Shown: positions 37,266 through 49,964 of the stretch, piece by piece
How the letters are laid out: each line of letters begins with the position of its first letter
Numbering within the stretch: position 1 is the stretch's first letter
Assembly (NCBI GenBank): GCA_951406725.2
Contig: OX597820.1
Span: forward strand, 65,534,001-65,598,000
Direction: 5' to 3'
Source: Octopus vulgaris
Lineage: Eukaryota
DNA length: 64,000 bases
The notes under the pieces: generated by a model
What the model saw: only the letters and a program-made list of their open reading frames with translations
The model's database searches: none
What the model was told of the DNA's origin: nothing
Made by a program: the position numbers and the translations under genes

Positions 37266-38929
37266 TTTATATGTATATATAAATATGTGTGTGTGTGTGT
37301 GTTTGTATGAGTTTGTGTGTGTCTGTGTGTATGTGTGTGTGCATATGCAAAAGGTCAACGCAAATTAGCAATGTGTCTGCAGCTGTATGCACATATCTGG
37401 GTAAGATATCTTTGGAAAAACAGTAGTTGCCACTGCATACATGCCTCCACTCTCCATGTAGTCAATGTTGTCCGAGGGAAAAGCAAGGTCAATAGAATTT
37501 TGTATCATTGTCATCGTGTGTGGTGCTTATCAGAATACAGAACCTTAACAGATGCAACAAGTCATCTCGTTCAAGCTCTAAAAGTCCTGCCAGTCTACGT
37601 CTTGATGTTAACAAATTAGCAGATTTAGTTGAACTTCGCGCAAAATGTCTCACGGTGTTTGTTCGGGCATTTTTACGTTCTGAGTTCAAATCTCCGTCGA
37701 AATCAACTTCGCATTTCACCTTTCTAATGTCGATGAAATAAAATAACCACCAACTAGTTGCAAATATATAACTGAAAATGTCCGCACCATCGCCACCTAT
37801 TTCAGGCCTTATTAAGTTACAAGCAAACATACTATATGTGCCTCAGGAAACTAAACATTAATTCGACCCTAGCGTTCAATGGGTACTTATTTGATCAAAC
37901 TCGAAGGGAAGACATCGAAAATCTACCTCAGTTGGTTTGGAATGCAGGACTTCAAGAAGAAAGGAAAGCTGCGCAGCATTTTTCTTAATGTGCTTACGAT
38001 TCTGTCACTTCGTTCCTTCAAAATAATAGCTATGGCAAATATTGTTCAACGTAAAAATGTAGAAAAACACGCAAGTTATTCTTACTTAAGGTTGTCATGA
38101 GCCCTACGTGACAGACGGGCAGGAACTTCATCTGATCTTCATAGCGTATAAGCGATTGAGATTACAAGTAATATATTAGATATACAAGATTATAAGTGAT
38201 TGAGATTATAAGTATTTATAATAAGATTATAATAACGGGTGATTATAACAAGTGATTATATAAGTGATGATAAGATTATAATAAGATAAAAAGTGATTGA
38301 GAGTACAAGTGATATATAAGATATACAAAATTATAAGTGCTTTATATTACTCCACATTGGACGGTAATTGTACAATTGGGTAGATTATTTTGCTCAAAAT
38401 ATTAACATTAAGCCACGAGTCAACAGTACACAGACATAGTCAGCAAAAGAAAAACCCTAATTAAAAGGCACTCCAGGTTAAACAACTCAGTAATTAAAGG
38501 GAGGTATGGTTTCAAAAATATCGGAAATTAACTTAGATTTAGCTGTTAATAAATAATTACTCATAACTAGCGATTAATAGCTACGGTTAATTACGATATT
38601 ATTATCTAGTTGGAAATGCTTTTATATGAATCACAGAAACAGCTGTAAGAAAAGAGGTAAAATGAAGATTTTGAAATAGTTTTGAGATCGTCTAGTTTTC
38701 CTTTCGTTCAATTGCTTAACAAATTTTGAATTATGTTACATCATATCTTCCCGTATGATTGTATAAAATTCATTTTATATTGAAATTTAACGACATAAAA
38801 TCGTGGTGCTAAATACCATGGATAGACTTCGTCAGTGCCATAGGCATTTAATAAATTAATGACATATATGTACATATGTTATATACATATAATATATCCA
38901 CATACATATATACACACACATATATATGT

Positions 38930-38972
<43 letters not shown>

Positions 38973-39064
38973 TATATATACGTATGCACATACCCTCACA
39001 CAAACGAACACTCACACTTCGCTATGATCGGTATATTGCTGTAAAGAGATATATATATATATAC

Positions 39065-39108
<44 letters not shown>

Positions 39109-39200
39109 TCACACACACATATATATATATTTATATATATATATATGCGCAATACACACGCGCGCACGCACACTCTCACCTCACCCCCCACACAGATATG

Positions 39201-39259
<59 letters not shown>

Positions 39260-39570
39260 GTATGTATATATACATACATACTTATATGTGTATATATGTT
39301 CATCGATATATAGACCTGTCAGTAGTTACGTCTTCCTACCAACCACCGTATCAGTTTATCTGTTTGTGCTTCAACTTGTTTATTCCAAAGTCACTTGTCA
39401 GCTAATTAATAAATTGTCCATAAAACAAACAATGCCACTAATTATCTAATAATCTAAATATCTATTTATCATTTTTATCTCTGATAATACTGTCTCAAAA
39501 CTAGGAAACTCATACGTAGCTCTAAAGACCGAATCTAAATATATTTTTCGTTCTTTATCTTTCCCTCTAT

Positions 39571-39619
<49 letters not shown>

Positions 39620-39973
39620 CATATATACATATATATATATATATACACACGCATACGCATACACGCACTGGGGCACACGCACTCATGCACATATGTATTT
39701 CAACTTATCTTTACTCCTATCTCTCGTGTCCTGTTTTATTCTTTTCTGTAATAAATGGTGTTGAGTAGTAGATATTCTGCATTTTCAGTATATAATATAA
39801 ACTATATGCAGACTTTTTGTTGTCGAAGTCATATTTGTATAAAAACTAACATTGGCTAACATTGACTGCGTTTAGGATCATTGCGCGCACTTTCACTGAT
39901 TAAATATCTTGCTTATATTAACAACACTTTTGCTGTATTATTTAGTTTATCGTCAATCCACGATATAACAATT

Positions 39974-40009
<36 letters not shown>

Positions 40010-40030
40010 CATACATGCATACATATACAT

Positions 40031-40084
<54 letters not shown>

Positions 40085-40092
<8 letters not shown>

Positions 40093-40461
40093 GGCAGTTT
40101 GTCTGTGCGTTTTCTGTGTGTCTGTTTTCTCGTACCCTCACTCTGACCACGGCTTTCAACCGATTCTGAAGAAACTTGACACACACATAGCCCAATGTCA
40201 TAATTCAAAACTAACGCAGCGAAAATTTTGAAAAGTTCCCCCAGTTCTGAAAAAAATCGATAAATTCGACATGGGGTCGAGAATCAGAAACCCAAACCAC
40301 AGACCGTCTAGGGGACGCAACTCCACCTTTTTAACTCTCAAAAAAAAAAATTTACCATCATTTTTTTTCCATTTTTTTGCTATTTTTTGGCTATAACTCT
40401 CTAAAAATGCTTTATAGTTATTTCCCTTTCAAACCTGAGCAACGACGGGCGATACTACTAG
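40085..40461 (+). mobile_element. Non-autonomous Helitron (second copy, inside (TA)n)
   Basis: Highly similar to 36660-37030 and ends CTAG-T. Confidence 0.85.
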
Positions 40462-40559
<98 letters not shown>

Positions 40560-40564
40560 GGATG

Positions 40565-40887
40565 GAGGTGCGTGGCTTAGTGGTTAGGGAATTCGGCTCA
40601 CGATCCTAGGGTCGTGAGTTCAATTCCAAGCGACGCGCCGTGTCCTTCAGCAAGACACTTTATTTCAAGTTGCTCCATTCCAATTAGGTGGCAAAATGAC
40701 ATGTACCTGTACTGTATTTAAAAGGTTAGGCCTTGTCATAATCTGTGTCACGCTGAATCACCCTGAGAATTACGTTCAGGGCACACGTGTCTGTGAATTG
40801 CTCAGCTACTTGCACATTAATTTCACAAGCAAGCTGTTCCGTTGATCGTAACAGCTGGGACCCTCATCATCGTAACGACGGAGTGCT
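40565..40887 (+). mobile_element. SINE family B
   Basis: GGTGCGTGGCTTAGTGGTTAGGG head and CGTAACGACGGAGTGC tail. Confidence 0.85.
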
Positions 40888-40893
40888 TATTTA

Positions 40894-40955
<62 letters not shown>

Positions 40956-41356
40956 GAAGCACTCCGTCATTACGACGATGAGGGTCCCAGCTGTGCAATA
41001 CATTATGAATGTATTTTTGCTCAGATATTTTTCATGATGGCTGCCTTTCATTTGTATTTCCCTTGTCGATCTATATAAGCATCATTCACGATGTCAATAC
41101 TTACAATTTATTATGTCAGACAATTAGCTGCTGCCCTTAAATTAACAACAGCTAATGATGTGAGCTATCACCGAAATTTTTCAAGATGCCTTGAGAAGTA
41201 ATTTTGTGGAAATGTTCTACGTGTTGTGCAGGCGACAAGATTTATGTGTTCCATAAAACAAATATATAAAACATACAATATATATATATACATATATACA
41301 ATATATATATACATGTGTGGATGTATCTATGCTATATACATATACATTGAGATTTA

Positions 41357-41435
<79 letters not shown>

Positions 41436-41999
41436 TATATATATAGACACATATATACACACATGTAGATAAGTTTTATATATATATATACATATATATA
41501 TATACATATATACATATATGTATGTATATATATAAAACGTATCTACATGTGTGTATATATGTGTCTATATATAGGTATATATATACGCACACCCGACATT
41601 TATATACATATATATGTATAAATATACACACACACATACATATACATATGTGCATATATATGTGTGTGTATTATGTGTGTATGCCCGTCCATTTGTATGT
41701 GTGCGTGTGTTGCATGTGGGCGCGGTGGGGGGTGGGCTAGTGAAATGTGTTTATAGGTACGCACATATTAAGCTTGTATTTGAATAATATACAGATATTC
41801 ATCATAAGAATGTAATAAACTTGCAAGACAAATTGGAATAAATCTCTGTTTAGGAATTGGTCTTCGAAGTTCAATATAAATCTATTAAGAATAATATATA
41901 AATTTTGGGTTGATACACTCTTTCGGATAGAAAACGACGAAGGTTGTCATGACTTCAACGACATATAAATCTCCTAGGTAGGATTAATTCTTTCTATTA

Positions 42000-42895
42000 T
42001 AGGCACAAATTTGGGAGAGGGGGATAATCGATTACATCAACTCCAGTATTCAACCGGTACTTAATTTACCGACCCGGAAAGGATAAAAGGTCAAGTCGAC
42101 GTGCGAAATACCTATTTCTTTACTACCCGCAAGGGGCTAAACACAGAGAGGACAAACAAGGACAGACAAACGAATTAAGTCAATTATATCGACCCCAATG
42201 CGTAACTGGTACTTCTTTAATAGACCCCGAAAGGATGAAAGGCAAAGTCGACCTCGGCGGAATTTGAACTCAGAATATAGCGGCAGACGAAATAGCTATT
42301 TCTTTACTGCTTCACAAGGGGCTACACACAAAGGGAACAAACAAAGACAGACAAACGGAGTACGTCGATTTTATCGGCCCCAGTGCGTAACTGGTACTTA
42401 ATTTATCGACCCCGAAAGGATGAAAGACAAAGTCGACCTCGGCGGAATTTGAACTCAGAACATAACGGCAGACGAAATACATATTTCTTTACTGCCCACA
42501 AGGGGCTAAACACAGAGAGGACAAACAAGCACAGACAAACGGATTAAGTCGATTATATCGACCCCAGTGCGTAACTGGTACTTCTTTAATAGACCGCGAA
42601 AGGATGGAAGGCAAAGTCGACCTCGGCGGAATTTGAACTCAGAATATAGCGGCAGACAAAATACCTATTTCTTTACTGCCCACAAGGGGCTACACACAGA
42701 GGGAACAAACAAGGACAGACAAACGGATTAAGTCGATTATATCGGCCCCAGTGCGTAACTGGTACTTATTTAATCAACCCCGAAAAGATGAAAGGCAAAG
42801 TCGACCTCGTCGGAATTTGAACTCAGAACGTAGCGGCAGACGAAATACTGCTAAGCACTTCGCCCGGCATGCTAACGATTCTGCCAGCTCGCACC
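42000..42895 (-). repeat. SINE family C expanded into a ~184-bp tandem array (4+ units)
   Basis: Unit starts (G/A)AAATA..TATTTCTTTACT at ~42105, 42289, 42474 and 42658. A single SINE head lies at ~42845-42895. Confidence 0.9.
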
Positions 42896-43223
42896 TTTCC
42901 TTGGTAGGAATAATGTTTCTTAAAAGGGTAGAAAAATATGAAGAATTACTTTGATACATTGGTAGAACGCCTGTAATATTTGTACATGTAGCTTCGAGTC
43001 CCACAGGCAGCCTTTAACTTTTCTATCCAAAATGGTTTTTTGACCCAATATTTCTATGCTTTCGAGCTTTGTTAGTACTTCGAGAAATAAATCCAAAGGC
43101 GAATTATTCCTAAATCTATGCGTGCACATATATAAAGAGTAATTTACAGGAAAACAATAAACGAAGACAGGTGTATAAACAATAAGAAAGTGTATTAGTT
43201 TGACGTTCGGGAATGTGAGAAAG

Positions 43224-43260
43224 TCTTTTACGTTTCGAGCCTACGCTCTTCAGCTGAAAG
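43224..43260 (-). ncRNA. Minimal/variant hammerhead-like motif (same style as 36458)
   Basis: Minus strand reads CUUU-CAGCUGAA-GAGC-GUAG-GCUC-GAAAC-GUA-AAAG. The core is non-canonical. Confidence 0.4.
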
Positions 43261-43415
43261 GAACACGATGAAATAAACAGAGAAAGAATAAAAAAAAACT
43301 TTTGGAGATAGCGGTCAATCGTGGCGACATATAAAGAGAATTACATTGATATAATATTATTACGTATATAAATTCATGAGAATAGGAATATATATAACCG
43401 AACGGCGGTGTGTGT

Positions 43416-43459
<44 letters not shown>

Positions 43460-44358
43460 ATACAAAAGCACAGAAACACATATGGGCACACTGAGTAATA
43501 TTTCAATGCTCTCTTGTTTCATATTTTCCTACGCACCTTGTTATTGAACCTATTCATGGTCCTACTTTGATTCTTCTCAAACATCAAACACCTTTCTTTC
43601 CCACGTTCGCTTTTTCTTTTTTTTGCACTACTTTTGTATTATTGCGTTGCTGTGTTTCGCATTATTTCATCTATATATGCATATTCCTTTATGTATGCGT
43701 ATAGAAAGAGAGACAAATGTATGTGCGGGTATGTGAATATACGTATATAATAAGCAGCTAAGGCAATTGCCTTCTACCGGAGCCGATGCCCAACCGAAAA
43801 CTTGTGAAAGAATATGGTTCACGGAAAATGAAGCTTGTCTTATACGCACACAGACACCTTTACATATATTTGTGTGTGTATGTGTGGAGAGAGACAGACA
43901 GACAGAGACAGACAGAGAGCTTTATACATACATATATATGTACAAACCTTATGTTGGCAAATAAACTTTACTGTACAATATCGTTATTGCTTAAATCTCA
44001 TTTGGAGATTTTAAAACTAGCTATTTTGCTCCTTACGAGATCAGCGACTGTCTGTCGCTTCGCTATTTATATATTATGAGTAAGGTTATCTCCTACCGGC
44101 ATCCAATCTGGCCGGCCCCTAGAATATCTGAGCTAAGAGCACTGGGCTGCTTGGAAGAAAGCAAGCGAATGTATACGAAAACAAGGACGGTAAAAACGAT
44201 ATATATATATCTATATATATATATATATATAAACCAGAATAAATACAGTTGTGGTCGGTTTATGGGGTTACTTTGGGTATTATAGCTTTACAGTGTTTCT
44301 ATATCTATCTATCTATCTATCTATCTATCTCCCTCCCTCTCTCTCTCTCTCTCACTCT

Positions 44359-44409
<51 letters not shown>

Positions 44410-44415
<6 letters not shown>

Positions 44416-45002
44416 TATATATATTATATTAAATTAGAGATAAAACCACTATTAGGCAAATCAAATAGTGAAAAACATAAGCCAATTAATTTTAAAATAT
44501 AAAAGTTAAAAATTTAAAAATTATTTAAATATTTTAAACTCATAAATTTTAATTATATATATACACAAATATATATATATATATATATTTATTTATATTT
44601 ACATATTATTTTATTTATTAATTTATTTATTTATTTATTTTTTTATAAATATCAAAAGTATTAAAAGTGTAATAAAAGATAAAAATAAAGTGTTTTACTC
44701 TTTATCTTTTATTAAACTTTTAATACTTTTGATAGTTATAAAAAAATATAAAATAAATAAATAAAAATAATTTTAAAAATTAATAGATAAAATAATATAT
44801 AAATATAAAAATATACATACATATATATATATATATATTTGTGTATATATATATTTAACATTTATGAGTTTAAATTATTTAAATATTTTTTAAATTTTGA
44901 ACTTTTATATTTTTAAATTAATTTTATGTATTGGCTTATGTTTTTCACTGTTTGATTTGCCTAAGAGTGGTTTTATCTCTAATTTAATATAATATAATAT
45001 AT
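44410..45002. repeat. ~590-bp AT-rich imperfect palindrome (fold-back)
   Basis: ATTAAATTAGAGATAAAACCACT.TTAGGCAAATCAAA.AGTGAAAAACATAAGCCAAT is mirrored at 44930-44990. Centre near 44690. Confidence 0.9.
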
Positions 45003-45077
45003 TTATACTATAAAACTGGATTTAATCCTAAATCTAATTTTTCCCTGTCAGTTTGGATTTATTCCCTAATATTGTTA

Positions 45078-45142
<65 letters not shown>

Positions 45143-45282
45143 CCGCCAAAATTGCTAAGATGATCCGGTTCCGACTGAAGATTAGAGGCTTCGAGTGACC
45201 CGTCTGTTTTTTTATTGTGTCGTCTCTGTGTGTTTTTGCGTTCTTGTCCCACTTTGTAATTTATATTTTATATTTAAATTCT

Positions 45283-45338
<56 letters not shown>

Positions 45339-46526
45339 GTATAGAAATTAAATATAATCAGAGAGCATACTAAGTATGTCTACCTGCTGGAAATAACAGT
45401 CAAAACTCTTATTTAAATCGCCAAAATACACTGGTAATATCTACTACAATCAACCGTCCGAAGGCAAACTGGCTAAGACAAAATCTCAGCATACATTCAA
45501 GTATTTAGACTCGCGTGGACAGGTTTCTGGTCTGGTATAATAGCCTCACCTTCCTCAGCTCATGTTACCATGATAAAGGGCCCCAACCCGCCATGCAATT
45601 TAATGCTGTTTGGAAGCCTGCCATCACCTATTGAGCTTTATTTTATAACCAGTTGATTTAGCGAGCGGAGCTTCATATCAGTGAGGGGTGGGGGAGGTGC
45701 GCATTGATGCCGCTGAGAGGTAGGCCCCGAAACGGCGCGCATTCTCTCCTGATGACCCCATATACTTCCTGGCTTCCGGTATGCATAGTTTTTGACTGGT
45801 AGCACTTGCATGTACAAGTTGTTTGCGAGACATTGATTCTGTTATCATTTTAAAATTGTTACACTAGATAATAATAGTCAATGATATTTTCGCGAATTAT
45901 TTCTCTCGTGAATTAATTGCTCCGTATTGAGATTATATATATGTGAGTGTGTGTGTGTGTGTGTATGTGTGTGTGTGTGTGTGTGGCGTGTTTGTGTACT
46001 CAACGGGTTTCCGCATAGTTGTCATCTACTAAAACCCGCTCAGAAGACTATAGTAGAATACACAGCGTGTCACATATTGGGACTGAGCCTAAAACCTTGT
46101 AGCTGCTATGCAAATTCTTCACAGTACAGTCAAACCTACGCCAATGTTGAAAATAAACGAATTACCTTAGGAGTACCAGTGACATGTATTTGAACAACAT
46201 AAATTAATAGAGGTGTATTAAATACCATATAACATAGTCTTGATTTATTAAAATCATCTAGCCCACTAGAGGATGTGTCATTATTTATAATTGCCAAATG
46301 TTAATTAACAGCTTGTCAACTTGGAGAAATTTTGATTCATGAGGTTATCTCACAATCTCATATGGTACTCGCATTAATTGGCGTTTGGTAATTACGACAC
46401 ATTCTCTAGCGGCAGAAATAATTTTAATAACTCAAGAATGTATGTTGTATGGAATTTCATAGGCCTGTATTTCTCTCCTTAACTTCACTGTCTCTCTTTC
46501 ACCTGCATATATGTCTGTGTGTGTAC

Positions 46527-46567
<41 letters not shown>

Positions 46568-46899
46568 AGTGTTTGTATATATATATATATGTGTGTGTGT
46601 ATATATGTATGTGTGTATGTATATATGTATACATACACACACATATACATCAATATTTAGCAAGAGTAACGGAGTGACCCAGGCTCCCAGAGTTTCGTCA
46701 GACCTTGAATAACTCTGTTATTTATGATGAATATTAATAAAATTACTTGTATTTATATTTCGGGTTTTATTTTTCCTGTTCGCATCATAGCACTCGAAAT
46801 ATGAGAATATGTATATTTTTATTAGTATTTTGCAGAAGTAACAGTTAGTCAAGGCCTGATGAAACTCGCGGAACCTGAGTTACTTTTTACATTTGCTAA

Positions 46900-46932
<33 letters not shown>

Positions 46933-46935
46933 CAT

Positions 46936-46976
<41 letters not shown>

Positions 46977-47082
46977 CATATTAGAAGAAATGAGGTAATC
47001 AGAAGATCGGATGGTTTATATTTACAGATATTTCTTTATATATTACATTTTTTTATATAAATATCATATCACTTAGATCACT

Positions 47083-47164
<82 letters not shown>

Positions 47165-47165
47165 T

Positions 47166-47382
47166 ATTTATTTTATAGAAGGAGCTTCTACAGGACTAGA
47201 ACTGTTTCATTCAAAAGAAATCATCAGGAAGCAAGTAGACAAGAGTTGTTTTGGTATTTATACATTTAGGCAGGTTTAAATGGTTGGTGGTGGGGGACTT
47301 AACTCTTGTCTACTTGCTTCCTGATGATTTCTTTTGAATGAAACAGTTCTAGTCCTGTAGAAGCTCCTTCTATAAAATAAAT
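47166..47382. repeat. Perfect ~82-bp inverted repeat (47166-47247 / 47301-47382) containing a hammerhead on each arm
   Basis: Direct reverse-complement match, with (TA)n on both sides of the insert. Confidence 0.92.
47316..47364 (+). ncRNA. Compact type I hammerhead ribozyme (cleavage after GUA at 47359); mirrored at 47184-47232 on the minus strand
   Basis: GCTTC-CTGATGA-TTTCTTTTGAAT-GAA-ACAG-TTCTAGTC-CTGT-A-GAAGC. 5-bp stem I, 4-bp stem III, and a weak stem II opening with U-U. Confidence 0.8.
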
Positions 47383-47450
47383 TAATTTACTCTGCTATGT
47401 ATTGAGTACCTTTTTTACTGTGGTTAACCCCGACTCAACCCGGGACCTAC

Positions 47451-47561
<111 letters not shown>

Positions 47562-47564
47562 TAC

Positions 47565-47603
<39 letters not shown>

Positions 47604-47778
47604 AGTGCGTATCTACAATACATTTTTTCGAGGACCAGATAAACAGCTGACATCTGATGAAGGGTCTTTTCTTTGTGTTTACTTGTCTCGTTCTCCATTT
47701 TTGTCTCATTGTTTACATATTTAACTCGTTTGTTTACGTATTTCATGTTAATTGCACCGTTGATGATATCTTGTACCC

Positions 47779-47811
<33 letters not shown>

Positions 47812-47849
47812 TGTATGTATGTATGTATGTATATATGTATGTATGCATG

Positions 47850-47897
<48 letters not shown>

Positions 47898-48183
47898 CGT
47901 ATATACACATATATATATATATGTATATACACACTCACATACACAGACATACACACACAAACTTACATATACATATATATATGCATATATATATATGCAT
48001 ATATATATATCCTTCTTCCATTTTCCTGAGCGCCTAATAATAATAATACTGTAATTGTTCCACGTGTTGTTGTTTTTTCTGTTTTCCCGTTTGGATTAAC
48101 CTATATATATATATACGTATATACACTCACATACAGACATACACACACATACTTACATATACATGCATATGTATATGCATATG

Positions 48184-48231
<48 letters not shown>

Positions 48232-48646
48232 CTCTTTTACTCTTTACTCTTTTACTTGTTTCAGTCATTTGACTGCGGCCATGCTGGAGCACCGCCTTTA
48301 ATCGAGCAACTCGACCCCTGGACTTATTCTTTTGTAAGCCCAGTACTTATTCTATCGGACTCTTTTGCCGAACCGCTAAGTAACGGGGACATAAGCACAC
48401 CAGCATCGGTTGTCAAGCAATACTAGGGGGACAAACACAGACACATAAACATACACGCACACACATATATATATATACATATATACGACGGGCTTCTTTC
48501 AGTTTCCGTCTACCAAATCCACTCACAAGGCATTGGTCGGCCCGGGGCTATAGCAGAAGACACTTGCCCAAGGTGCCACGCAGTGGGACTGAACCCAGAA
48601 CCATGTGGTTGGTTAGCAAGCTACTTACCACACAGCCACTCCTGCG

Positions 48647-48649
<3 letters not shown>
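48232..48649 (-). mobile_element. SINE family A
   Basis: Complete copy with a (CTCTTTTA)n tail. Confidence 0.9.
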
Positions 48650-48686
<37 letters not shown>

Positions 48687-49052
48687 CGTATATACACACA
48701 CATATATATATATATGTATATACACACTCACATACACATATATATACATATACATATATATACAAAGACATACAATGAGTTTGTGTGGATTTGGTCTCGA
48801 TGTTGATGAGTCATATCCTAAACAATATTTTAAAACATTATTCTTTACCTATTTCTATTTTCATTCCCCATTCACATTCTCTTTCATATCACAGCTTTTC
48901 ACCCCAACTTTCCACAGCTATCCTTTCAATTTGCTGCGCACCGACGTCCTCCTATACCTTACACAATCTATTTATTATTGACCTATATCTACATATCCAG
49001 TGGCTTTATTGTTTTTTTCCTTTTCATTTTTTTCAGTATAGACTCTGCTTAA

Positions 49053-49480
49053 AGCGGTGAGCTGGCGAAACCTTTAGAGCGCTGGGAAAAAATGCTTAGA
49101 GGCATTTCGTCCATCTTTTATGGCTTGTGTTCAAATCCCGTCGAAGGTGCCTGCAACTTTCATCTTTCTAGAGTGATAAAATAATTACCAATTGCGTACA
49201 CAGATCGATTTACTCAATGTACCTCAACGCACACCGAGCTGACAGGCTTTGTGCCAAAATTTGAACTCAATATAAAACTGTACTTAAAGCGATGAGCTGA
49301 CAGGATCGTTAAGCACGTGGGTCAAAATTCTTAGCGGCATTTTAGCTGTCTTTACGTTTTGTGTTCAAAGGCCATCGAGGCTGTCTTTATATTTCGGAGT
49401 CGATGAAGTAAGTACCAGCTAAGCACTATAATCGACTTACCCCTCCAGCGAAATTGCTGGCCGTGAGCAAAATTTGAAAG
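49053..49480 (+). mobile_element. Two tandem degenerate family C SINEs
   Basis: CTTAAAGCG.TGAGCTG heads at ~49048 and ~49283, each ending AAATTTGAA. Confidence 0.65.
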
Positions 49481-49890
49481 CAGTGTAAAACTGTACTTCC
49501 TCTTTATATTCTACATCACCAGATAGATATGTGTTTGTGCGTGTGTATGGGTGTATATAGTTGCTTGTTTGTGTGTGTCGAGAGGTTAGGGGAGAAACAC
49601 TTATATACGCACGCACATGTGTGTGTGAGTGTGTGTGTGTGTGTGCGTGTGTGTGTGTGTGTGTTTGTGTGTGCGACTGGCTTCCACATAGTTTCCGTCT
49701 GCCATATTCCCTTACAAAACATTAACCAATCCCGGGCTATATTGGAAAATACTAGCGCAAGGTGCTCCGCAATGAGAGTGAATCCCAAATCCACATGGTA
49801 GCGAAGTACGAACATCCTCACCATACAACTACGTTCTCGCCTCTTTGTTTGTGTGTGTGTATGTAAATATATACACACATACACACACAC

Positions 49891-49964
<74 letters not shown>

